A stretch of DNA of 33,944 bases from Perkinsela sp. CCAP 1560/9 (taxonomy: Eukaryota > Protista > Euglenozoa: Kinetoplastea), in NCBI GenBank assembly GCA_965644495.1, contig CBFFSA010000068.1, forward strand, positions 1 through 33,944, read 5' to 3'. Positions within the stretch are counted from its first letter, which is position 1. Each line of letters starts with the position of its first letter. The position numbers were made by a program, and so were the translations under genes. Below are positions 1-10,950 of the stretch, one piece after another. Below the pieces are notes generated by a model that did not search any database, was not told where the DNA came from, and saw only the letters and a program-made list of their open reading frames with translations.

Positions 1-1
1 A

Positions 2-3000
2 AAGGAAGCTCTGGTTACTGAAAAAGAAGAAGGAAAAGAGCAACAAGAAAGTGATAAAGTAGGAGAGATGGGTGAGAGTGGTGATGTTGAGACTCTCTGT
101 TATGGTGTTTATGAGACTCCTCAAAGAGAAGGAACAGAAGATGTCGAGTCCTATCGAGTTGATGATGAGGTAACAGAGCTCTCGAAGCGCGTTTGCTATC
201 ACATGGATGTCGCCGAGGAAGATGATGAGATATACGATACAAGCTCGAACGAAGTCTCGGATGACGAATCGTATGCCAGTTCTGAGGAAGATGAGGACGA
301 TATCGTCTGGATCAATTATGGGATGGATTCTGATGCTGAACACAAGAGCGAAGGTGTGCTACCAAAGAAGGCTCGGAATCAATTTGGTCAGGACAAACAA
401 ACGAGTCTCCCTGCGATTGGAACCAACCGCTTTAAGAGCTTTGATGAAGATGAAGATCCTTTTCTGGATGATGTAGACCCTTCTGAGGGCGACAATGAAG
501 AGGAAAGAAGAAAAACATATGATGTAAAATCGGATGAAATTCGTAGTAAATTTCCGAAAAGAAATGAAAAGGGTTCTCAACCCATGGGAAGGAAGAAGCC
601 AGAAAATGACCTGAATGGAGAAATGACTGATTTCTATCTTCTGGAGACAAACCCACAACATTGGGTCACAAGGTCCCCAAGGCGTCTTCGCACTTCTAGT
701 TGTAAGTGGCAGATAGACTCTGATCCTTCGGCTGATGGGAGTGAAAAGGAACTCCAAAAGGAAGAATTTCATCCTTCAGCGGGCATTGAATTTTCCAGCT
801 CCTCTTCCTCTGCAAATTCTCGCCTCCAACGTGAAAACTCATTGAAGAAGGCTAAAGAGAAACAGAAAAGGAAGAGAGAATCGAAACTTTCTGGAAAAGA
901 ACAAAAAACTGAACCAACAGCACGAAGGGCGCAGCTACCAAAAGTTTCCAAAATGAAGCGAAAATCGGCAAGCAGGAAAAGCAATCTGAAAGGATCAAAA
1001 TTGCTCAAAAGAACTTTGCAGAAGAAATCGGATGAAAATATCCTCTCAATTCGAACTTTAACTGAACGTTCAAAAGAATTCCTGAATAAGTCAATGAGTG
1101 GGAGCTCGGTCTCTGAAAATGAACAAACACGCTACCACACAACCCCGAAAAATGCTCGTAAGGGGAGCACGTTTGAACCTGACTTTGTTGAGATGACTCC
1201 AGAATTGGTCCACGTTAAATTAGATCAATCTTTCAGCCCTGTTCCTAACAGTTCTTCTCCTTCTTCCCTTGCTTCTACTCCCTCTCCTCGAAATCCCTCA
1301 AATGTTACAATCAAAGAGGAATTCGCTGTTGTTCAAGAGGAAGAAGAAATTCGGCAATATGGGGAAGGATTTCATTACCTCGAATCTTTAAAACAATCGA
1401 AAGAGGCGGCTGATCGACAACGAAGTATGACTATGTCAGAACTCACAAATGACAGGATTTTGGCTGCGGATAACTGGATTGATCGGTTTCATATGGCGTT
1501 GAAGGGGATTCGTGGTTCTGCAAACCCTTTGACCATGTCTGCTGAACAGATTCGTGTAATGATCCAGCGATACAGTACATTAATTGAATTGGCTCAAGAT
1601 TTTGTGTATACTGCGAAAACGTTTGAAACTCTCTCTTTTTTTTTTCTCCTTCTCCTTCCTGTTTTTCACCCCTTTCACATTTTTTTTCATTGACATTTTT
1701 TTTTTTTTTTTATTTTCTGGTTTTTAGGTATGGTCGGATTATTATTTCAGAAAGGTTTGTAGAACACAAGACAATCAAACCAGTTGGGATGGGTGGTCAA
1801 GCGGGCGGAGAAAAATACATTGTGCAAAATATTCTGTTCAAATTTGCGGTTGATTCCAGCAATATGTATAATGGAGATTTTGCTGCTGCTAAAGTTGCTG
1901 CTTTGGAACTCAAGGGCTCCATTGCGTACTTTAACGTTTCTTCTGATCAAGTTTGTTCCCTTTTTACTCTTTCTTTCATGAAAACAAAATTCTTTCTTTT
2001 GCTCCTTTTTTTTTTGTTTTTTTCATAATTTTTCTTTCTTTTTTAAAAAATTCTGATCACACATACACAAATAGGATCTTCGACTTCCTATGATTGCTTT
2101 GGTTGATTATTTTGGGTTTCGTTTGATTGCTATCTCACTCCTGCCAATTGGAGAAGGCACGCTTGTCTATGGTACTTGCGATGCAGGGCATACTATCTAT
2201 GCTTCTGATGAATGTTTCAATTCGATTATGAGGCAGACGGCTCTTCGGTTAAATATCCAATCTCATCAATGTGGTTCTGGAATTTCTCCCAATCGCCCGG
2301 TTAGCTCTTTTCTCCCTAAATTTCTCTTTTTTTTTATTATTATTTTTAGATTTTTTCATTCTTTGATTTTCTGACAACAAAATCCAGAATTCATCTGCTT
2401 ATCTTCATTCAGCTGCTGATGTGGAGGGTCATCTTGGTCGTGATGGGTAAATTTTCTCAAAAATTTAAGAAAAGAGCATAATGTGGGAACAAGAAAAAGT
2501 TTTATAACATTATTTTCAACAAAACAGACATTATTACCTTTTGGATTTTTCACGAACAATGCCACCATGCCCACCTGACCCGACTCTACCATCATCGCAC
2601 TTGTTTCGGCTCTTTAGGTCAGAGTTTGTTGCGAAATATCCTGTTCCCCTTTGTCCTGATGGTTTTAGTGGGTTTTTGCGTGCTGATCCAGATCGAAAGG
2701 TTTGTTTTTCATACTCCAATCACTTCAGATTATTGTGCCCTTATTAAAAAATCAAAAAAAAATAGAATTACAATGCACAGTTACGATTAGCTTTCCAGTC
2801 ACTAATTGATGTAAATTGTCATGAATTTGCTCGAAGAGTCCCCTGGCATATCATGGAGGTCCCTTTTTCTTTTCAAAAAACGATTTCAAAAAGAAAAGCA
2901 AATAACAATCATAATAATAATAATTGAACAGTCTCATTCATCATCCCTATTTTTCTTTCTAAAATAATCAATAGGCAAGAGAGAAAGGAGATTTATCCTC

Positions 3001-5070
3001 ATTTCCACTTTCACAAGAGCTCCACTCTGTAGGAATCAATCTCCGTTATTTAGGAATTATTTTGGATTACATTCCAATTACAGGAGGTTTTAACTTCTAT
3101 TTTTCAAAATTTAATTCACCCTCTCTTAGAGAATAGAAAGACGAGGCGGATAGTAACAGACTAAAGAAAAGAAAAGAAAGGAATAGTCAGGGACTGAGCG
3201 AGAGGCCTTTTTTTTGAATTCTTGTTAATAATCACCTCGCAGATGAAATGTCAATTATTGTTCGATCCTTTATTTTGTGTGAAATTTTGGCACGCATCAT
3301 CAAAAATGAAATTAATGCTCTCTTGCGTGATTCCATGTTCCGTTGGCAGATCCCCATGGAAGCCAGGTTCCTTCCTTTTTTTTTTTTAAAAAAATTGCTT
3401 TCTTCATTCTCTCTTTTTTTCTTTCATCTCTCCTTTCCTCTTTTTCTCCACTCTTTTCAAAAATGATTCATTTTTGGTGTCACTCAATAGGTATCGGAGT
3501 GCCGTTGTTGAGTACCTTAACTTTGTCTTAATCGAAGATGGAGTAAATAGCCTCCGATATTGGAACACGTATCTGAAGGTTTGTTTGTCTCTTCACTTTG
3601 AAGGAAAAATATTCCATTTTGTTTTCCTTCAAACAATCATTCCTTATCATCTTTTTCTTTTCGTTTCCTTTTAGGGTTTGGCGAAGCGCTTCTTTCATCT
3701 GAAAGCCCCGTACACACAAAAGGGGTTCCATCTCCGCCCTTTTGTATTGTGTGGAGCAGGGACCAGAAAATCAATTCAACATTTGAGTAAAAAAAAGAAG
3801 AAATCAGATTCCTCACGAGTAGCAGAGTATTTTATTCAGAGGATTGCCGCGCTTTCTGCTGTGCATTTGTCTCCAATGGCAATTGACAAGGTGTTGCATC
3901 AACAGCCTTTGAATATGTGGGATTTAGAGGTCATTTTCTTTTTCTTTTTTTTTTTTTGGCTATTGTGGTTGTATTGGAGTGAGCTGTTGAGATGTTGAGA
4001 TGTTGAAAATTAAAATAGGGGTTCAACGAGAAAGTAAAGCATATGAATATCATTGCTGATGCGACAGGAACAAACTTTTGTCTTCATGGTTTTGAACTCC
4101 AACAGGTCGCTCTTCTTCAAACGCTCTTCTTCTCTTTTCTTTATTTTCTTTCTCACATGAACTGATTTCAGCAAGGAGATTTTGAAACTGCTGCCTTCTA
4201 TTTTCGACAGGCAGTGGCCAAGTACAAAATGGCTCTTCAATCTAATCCGACAAACCCCTTACTTCTTGAGCATATGGCCTTCTGTCTTGCGAGTGAAGTC
4301 ATTGCAAGGACAATTATCCAATCTGAAAAGGTTTTTCTTTTCTTTTTTTGATTTTGATTTGAAACAAGTTTGTCTTGCTTCAACAAAAAAATTGAACTAA
4401 CTTTTCTTCGTTTAAAGCCAACACCAAAAGTCATTCTTGGACACTGGCCAGAAGTTCAGCTCCAACAAAGCGACCAAGATGTTCAACAAGCGGACAACTT
4501 CTTCCTTCGTGCAATTGACGCAAACCCACGTCTTTTTTTCTTTCATTTGGCTTTTTTTTTTTTCATTTTTACTTTTAACACTTCATTTCATTTCTTCTTA
4601 TCTTTGACTCTCCTTAGATAATCCATCTCTCCTGGGATATTATGCCAAATTTCTTCTTCTTTGTGGTAGAGTTGATCGAGCTGAAAAGTATTTTATTTTT
4701 TATTTTTTATTTTTTATTTTTTTATTTTTTTATTTTTTTATTTTTTTTATTTTTTTATTTTTTTATTTTTTTATTTTTTATTTTTTATTTTTTATTTGAA
4801 AAATCAAATTCGAGAACCCCTTTTTTTTTTTGATTTTCTCGATCTTTCTCCTGCAGTTATTACCTGAGATCATTGGAACGGAGTCTTGATCCGGAGGTTC
4901 TCCAAGCGTATGTACAACTCATGAGTGATAAAGGACTCGATAGATATGCTTATCTCTTGAATCGAATGTTAAATCGATTGCTTGCAAGAGAGGATGGTAT
5001 TCGCAAAATACAAATTTCTATGGATCAATGGGCCATATCTAAATCAAAATCGCCCACCCGGCTGTTTTGA
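2..5070 (+). CDS. Clu-domain protein with long acidic/low-complexity N-terminus and C-terminal TPR-like helices; about 15 exons; probably 5'-truncated by the window
   Basis: Frame is open from base 2 through ORF 68..1620. Fourteen GT-AG introns (first donor 1621, last acceptor ~4856) join YTAKTYGRIIISE, GGQAGGEKYIVQNILFKFAVD, AALELKG, LPMIALVDYFGFRLIAISLLPI, TLVYGTCDAG, AADVEGHLGRDGHYYLLDFSRTMPP, LFRLFRSEFV and ELHSVGINLRYLG, which are motifs of the Clu/CLU-central family. The C-terminal exons are TPR-like (ADNFFLRAIDANP, AENYYLRSLE). Stop at 5070. Confidence 0.8.
4689..4797 (+). repeat. Intronic (T)nA low-complexity repeat
   Basis: Many TTTTTTTA-like units fill the start of the last intron of the Clu gene. 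Confidence 0.85.
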
Positions 5071-5246
5071 ACAAATTGAAAAGGACTTTCTTTCTCCTGC
5101 TCAAACAATTATTTTGGAGACTTTTCTTATCTATTTATTTGAATGAAAATATTTATTTTAAATGGTGATTATGGAATTCTTTGTTTATTGGTTTTGGTTC
5201 TCAAATGTCTCAATGATTTTTCTCTTTGCAAAACAAACCCGCTTTC

Positions 5247-5602
5247 GAACTCAAACCAGTGTTCGAAATGAACGATTCAAAAAAAAAATTGGTCTTTCTT
5301 TTCGACAAGAAACAAAACCAAAAATATCAAGTTAAATATCAACAAATGGCAATCTAGCGAAGCGGTCAAACGCGTTAGCTTAAGGCGCTAATCCTTCGGG
5401 TTCGTGGGTTCGAATCCCACGGTTGTCAATTTTTTTTTTGTTGTTTGGTTTGTTTCTTTTTTTCGTTTGGAGGGTTTCTTTTGTGTCTGATGGATCCTTT
5501 CGAGAAAACATTCAAACAAGCTGGAGGGATGATCGCAAGGAATTATCCTCTTGAAAAAGGAAATTCTTACCACTGGGCTGTTCGAGTTATTCAAGCAGGT
5601 TG
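5247..5602 (+). repeat. Copy 1 of a direct duplication (tRNA 5' flank + tRNA-Leu + SPRY exon 1)
   Basis: Aligns by eye to 6553..6906. The 5' flank and tRNA are near-identical; the downstream exon is diverged. Confidence 0.9.
5348..5428 (+). tRNA. tRNA-Leu (anticodon AAG)
   Basis: Cloverleaf: acceptor GGCAATC/GGTTGTC+A, D arm, anticodon arm TTAGC-TTAAGGC-GCTAA, long variable arm, T arm GTGGG-TTCGAAT-CCCAC. Followed by an oligo-T Pol III terminator. Confidence 0.96.
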
Positions 5603-6104
5603 GGGTGTTGTTCAAGAAACAGATCTTTCTTTTTTCTTTTGTCAATTTGTTCTGTGAGAGGTGTCTTCTTTTTTTTTGAAATTGAAAAGAGTCTGTTTTT
5701 TCTCAGAGAAATGTGGCACCCTTGGTCCAACTCTTTCAGTCTCAGTTGTTACTGTCCGACATGAGCAAGATGATTGGCCATCTTGGGGAGCAAGCAAAGA
5801 AGGGTGGGCTCTTGCCTTTTGGCGACATTGGAAGAAGAGTGTTTTTTGTCATCACCACGATTCTGTAAAAGATATAGATTTAGATCATCTTGTTCAAACT
5901 GGTGATTTTGTTGAAGTTTATTTGAGTGAAGAAGGAGAATTGTCTTTTACTTTGAATGGAAATGAAGTGGGAAAGTTCCCTTATCCATTGCCCTGGAAGG
6001 AGACATTGTATCCTGCTGTTTTTACTTATCCAAATGAAGGAAAAGTGACGCTGAAAATTGATGTAGAGTCTGGTCTTGGAATTAAACCAGCAAAAAGAAC
6101 TTAA
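5490..6104 (+). CDS. Small SPRY/B30.2- or neuralized-like beta-sandwich protein; join(5490..5598,5707..6104)
   Basis: Exon 1 MDPFEKTF...YHWAVRVIQA joins in frame (phase 1) to EKCGTLGPTLSVSVVT...WGASKEGWAL...GDFVEVYLSEEGELSFTLNGNEVG...LYPAV. The GD-x-I/V...G-x-LSF-x-x-NG...LYPAV pattern is typical of SPRY domains. Confidence 0.72.
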
Positions 6105-6654
6105 AAAAGGTGTCTAGAATCCATCAATCTTCTCTTTCAATCAAAATTGACTGTTCAACACGAAGATTGGAGAGGGGGAGGGGAGAGAATTAAAAACAGA
6201 TTCTGTGTTTTCAATCCACTCCCAAAATCAACAATTGTCAAAACAAACTTTTGTAAATTCATTTCTCATTCCTTTTTTATTGTTTTTTTCAAAATCCGAT
6301 GGTTGTCAATTTTTTTCTTATTTTTTTTTGTTTTGAGTTGTTTGTTCGTTTGCCGAGGATTTTCCATCATCAAAAACACCATTTTCCACAACCCTTGAAG
6401 TCAATAACTTGTCCAACCTCTTCAGTCTGTATCACAGAGGAAATTAGAGTACATTCTGATTGTCCAAGATGAAAAAAGAGTGAACAAAAAAATGAGTACC
6501 TTTCCATATTTGATTTGAACAGGAGTTTGATGAAAAAAGAACCAGAAAAAAAGAACTCAAACCAGTGTTCGAAATGAACCATTCAAAAAAAAGAATTGGT
6601 CTTTCTTTTCGACAAGAAACAAAACCAAAAATATCAAGTTAAATATCAACAAAT

Positions 6655-6735
6655 GGCAATCTAGCGAAGCGGTCAAACGCGTTAGCTTAAGGCGCTAATC
6701 CTTCGGGTTCGTGGGTTCGAATCCCACGGTTGTCA
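6655..6735 (+). tRNA. tRNA-Leu (anticodon AAG), second identical copy
   Basis: Same 81-nt sequence as 5348..5428, followed by oligo-T. Confidence 0.96.
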
Positions 6736-6796
6736 GTTTTTTTTTTGTTTTTGTTAATTTTTGTTTTGGTTGTTTGAGTTGTTTCTTTTGTGTCTG

Positions 6797-6902
6797 CTGG
6801 ATCCTTTCGAGAAAACATTCAAAGTAGAAGGAGGGATCGCAAGGAAATTTCCTCTTGAAAAAGGAAATTCTTGCCATTGGACTGTTCGAGTTATTCGAAC
6901 AG
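6797..6902 (+). pseudogene. Orphan exon 1 of a SPRY-gene paralog
   Basis: Reads (CTG)DPFEKTFKVEGGIARKFPLEKGNSCHWTVRVIRT. The ATG is changed to CTG, the donor GTTGAG is kept, and no exon-2 homolog lies downstream. Confidence 0.7.
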
Positions 6903-7108
6903 GTTGAGATGTTGTTGGAGAAAAGCTCTTGGAGAAAAAAACCAAAATCCCAACAATTTTGTCACATATTTCCTCCGCCTTGGACTAATTCTGCTTTTTC
7001 TTTGTTTTTTGTTTCTTTTTCACATCTTTTTTTGAACCAAAAATTGAATTGACGATTAAAACTTTTAATTTATTTCAAACAAAAAAAGGAAAACCAAAAG
7101 AGGGCGCT

Positions 7109-8747
7109 TCAAAAACAACATTCACGCATGGCAGTGTTATACTCACCAGTTGAGGGAACCATGATGGCTGTGTACGTGGTGAAGATATTCAAGACACCTA
7201 TTTTGACCAGTTAACAAAAATGAAACAAGCAAGAAGAGAAAAATAAAGAAGAAGAAAATATTAAACCAGGTTGAGAAAGGCAGCCATAAAGTGTTTCTTG
7301 GTTAATATTTTCCTGACCGACAGATTTCATACAATTATTAGCAATTTGACGACGAGGATCAGAAGGGGGATTTCTTTCCCAATGGTTGTAATTAGTTTCG
7401 ACCAAAAACCAAGATGTTGTATTTGCCAAATCCCAGATATCTTGACACTTATTTCTCAATCGAGTGATCACAATACCTTGTTCCTAAACAAAAACAACAT
7501 CACAAATTCAGCTGAAAGAGAGAGAAGCAAAAAAAGAATGATTTTCTAATGTGAAAAAACATAAAAAAACAATACGAACTGGTTGGTTTCCGGCCATGAT
7601 AAAATACACTGGAGCAACCATATCTCTTGTTGAGAGAATTTGGACAGCATCATCATATTGCTCAGTCGTATACAGAGTGTCCCTGCGGAAATGAAGAGAG
7701 TCATTCATTAAAAAAAAGAAAAAATTGTTGGAAAATAATTGTCAAAGGCAACCTGGCAAGAATAGTTGTCAAAGTCACATCAGGGTTCAAAAGTCCATTC
7801 AAAATATTCAACAGCTCTTGCCAAGGAGAAGCTTTGACGGACATGTAAGCATCCATTGAAATAGACCAAAAACCTCTCTTTTCGCCAGTTGGGAGTCCAA
7901 CATAGCCTATGTGTGAAGAAAAATTGTGTTTTTAGCCCAAAAGAGATAATTTCAACAATACCCCCTCAAAAAATCGAATCCAAAAAATCGAATCCAAAAA
8001 ATGAAATCAAAAAAATATTGACCTGCGTAGGTGTTGCCTGAATACTGAAGTTCTCCCTTAGACGTAAAGTTGACGGCAATCACCATTTGTCGAAGAACGT
8101 TTGTAAAGTCAGTCCCAAGTCCAAGGACGTTTCCAAAGTCTTGATTGCGCCCATGGAGCATTTTCCCATTGATGTCCTAGAATTTGTGGTTTGTAGGGAG
8201 GGGGATGAGAAAAAGTGTTGGGAGTTAGATGGAGGTTTTGATGGCGAAAATAAAGAATAATAAAAAATGAAAGGAAACCACTGCAACAATTGAAGTACAA
8301 GCAAAAGTGAGTTCGTAAATTAAATTAAGCGAGACAATTGCTCCATTAGAGACATTCAGTGTTTCGGCGATTCCTTGCATTTCCAGCCCATACTGTCCCA
8401 TCATTTCTTCAAGATTTTCTCCAATGAAATTCGACTTGTGCATAATTTCTTCTTGGATTTTTTCTGGGATAACATTTCCACCAGGAAGAATGATATTATT
8501 GATAATTTTCATGAGCTAAAAAGAAGGATCCACAAAATGAGAAAACAGATAATATTTTCAAAAAAAAAAAACGCAGAGTGACCGGTTCTTGATACAAAGG
8601 GATAATCTGGCTCCATCGCTTTTGAGGAGGGAGGTCCAAATCAACGCTGAAATTACCAACAGGGAATGAGTTGTTTCGAAGATCCAAACTCAAGGAAGGG
8701 AGGACAAAACCCAAACAAAATAAAACGACGAGCGAATACGCAAACAT
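7109..8747 (-). CDS. Acid ceramidase / N-acylethanolamine acid amidase-like Ntn hydrolase (7 exons)
   Basis: Signal-peptide-like start MFAYSLVVLFCLGFV, then VDLDLPPQKRW, NLIYELTFA-CTSIVA (catalytic Cys), LHGRNQDFG, GYVGLPTG, APVYFIMAG, FLVETNYNHW, DPRR, and C-terminal TTYTAIMVPSTG...CCF*. Six GT-AG introns keep the frame. Confidence 0.93.
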
Positions 8748-9676
8748 CAAGGCAGCGATACTCTTTTCGGAGGAGAAAAACAAAAAAAAAAAAAGGACTC
8801 CGAAAATGACCCCTATTTTTGAACAGGTCTCCTGAAAGAATGTTCTCAAACACCTCTTTCTCCAATAATTCGCTGAGGATCCATCCATCAATCGAGTTTG
8901 AAAGGTCGAAATAAAAAGAAAGAAATTCATTCTTTTTTTGAAAGAATTTTCCGTTTTTTTTTTTCTCTCTCTTTGCATTTGGGATAGAATCGATTAATTT
9001 AGTTTTGGTTTGAAGATTTCTTTTCTGTATGGCTATTTAGGTCTGAATTTTTTCCTCCTCCTCTGTTTTTCTAAGTCCATTTTTCATCGAAATCCTTTCA
9101 AATATAACCACCAAGACTTTCATTCTTATCCATGTAACATCCACTTTAATTTGATTGTTTGTGAAAAACAGACTTTTCTTGAACCTGATCTCTCCCTTCA
9201 CCCAAGTTTGAATCAAGAAAAATGAATTTGAACAAAAAAGGGGAAACCACAAAAAAAAGAAAAGAAACCAAAGAGAGACTGCAAAATAATCAATGAAAAG
9301 TTTCTTGAGAGGCTCAGGATCCATAATTTTGGGGATCATTTTTTGAGAAGATGCGATTATTTAATCTTCGAAGAGATGTAAAGTTCAGGATCAAAGTTTT
9401 ATGATGTGAAACATCAAAATTTGAGGGGAAATCTCTCACCAAGATTCTTCTTCGTTTTTTTGGAACCCAAAAAGAAAAGAAAAAATAAAACTCCTTCAAG
9501 GTCTTTTTATTTTTTTAATGAGGTGTCTTTCCAATACTAAATAAATGTCAAAAAGACTTTCAAAAAAGAGGAGAAAAAGCGTAGAACAAGGATTTTTCGG
9601 CTTTTTTTTCTCTCACTCTTCTTCTCTTCTTTTCTCTCTTTTTCGAAAAAAGCCAGGCTTTCAAGAAAGAGGAGAT

Positions 9677-10798
9677 ATGGCTTCAAAAGTAATCAAGTCA
9701 AAAGTTTTGTTGATGGGGAGGAGTGGTAGTGGAAAGACAAGTATGAGATCAATCATCTTTGCAAATCATTTAGCAAGAGAAACCAAAAAAATGGAAGCGA
9801 CCTTTGAAATCGACACTACAAATGTTCGATTCCTTGGAAACCTCTCTCTCTTGTTATGGGATTGTGGTGGTCAAGAAGTCTTCATGGAAAGTTATTTCAA
9901 GAAACAGAGAGATTATTTGTTTCGAAATGTTTCTGTGTTGATCTTTGTGTTTGATGTCGAAAGCAGTGAACTTAAAAAGGATATCCAATACTTTCGAGAT
10001 GCAATGGGAGCGTTAAGCGAGCACTCCCCTGAGGCCAAGATCTTTATTCTTATTCACAAAATGGATCTTCTCCCAGAAGAACAAGGTGAAAAAGTCTTTA
10101 GAAAACGAGAGCATGAGTTGGCGGAAATTGCACTTCCGATGAAAGTGTCTTGTTTCAAAACATCTATTTGGGACGAAACCTTGTACAAAGCCTGGTCACA
10201 GATCGTTTACTCTCTCATCCCCAATATTCAAATTCTAGAAGATCGTCTTCAAAAATTTTGTGACATTTGTGAAGCTGACGAAGTTGTTCTTTTCGAAATT
10301 GCAACCTTCTTGGTAATTTCCCATGTCTCCACCCGAAGCCATCATGACGCCCATCGTTTTGAAAAAATCAGTAACATTATTAAGCAATTTAAACTTAGTT
10401 GCAATAAGATGGGGGCTCAGTTCCAGACCATGGAGGTTTTCTTTTTCTTTTCTCTTTTTTCTTTTTTTCCTCCTCCCCCACACTCCCTTTTTTTTTTTGA
10501 GGCTCGCTCGCTCACTTTTTTGTTTCGAAAAATATAGGTCCGAAATTCGCATTTCAGTGCTTTTATTGATTCATTGACAAGTAATGCTTGTGTTATGATC
10601 ATCATTTCTGATCCGAACATCAGTTCCTTTTTTTCTTTCTGATTTTTTTTTTTTTTGGTTCTCATTTTTATTTTCCATATTTTTTTGAACTAAAACACTT
10701 TCTTTTTAAAACACTTAGCCTCACCAGCGATTGGAGTAAACATCAATGGTGCGAAAAAGTTCTTTGCCCCTCTTCTCGATGAAGAGGCATCAGCATAA
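9677..10798 (+). CDS. RRAGA: Ras-related GTP-binding protein A/B (Gtr1/RagA); 3 exons
   Basis: [64 protein letters not shown]. Introns ~10436-10537 and ~10623-10718. Confidence 0.96.
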
Positions 10799-10950
10799 AA
10801 ATGGATTAAGCAAGAAATTTAGGTTCATTATTGGTAGACAATAAGAATAATAAAAACTGTTTAAATAAAAACAAATTTGGTGGTTTTTCAAATTTCAATC
10901 TCAACAATAAAATAATTAAATTCCAATCACACACAAAATTATTTTTGTTC

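Larger units (their letters stand above)
6553..6906 (+). repeat. Copy 2 of the tRNA/SPRY-exon duplication
   Basis: Offset 1307 bp from copy 1 at the tRNA. Confidence 0.9.

Noticed and set aside
5243-5268. TTTCGAAC...GTTCGAAA hairpin / B-box-like element upstream of tRNA copy 1
   Set aside because: The left arm is absent in copy 2 and the B-box match is incomplete.
9010-9500. Short ORFs between the amidase and RagA genes
   Set aside because: No recognisable motif or consistent splice model; could be a decayed gene but cannot be supported.
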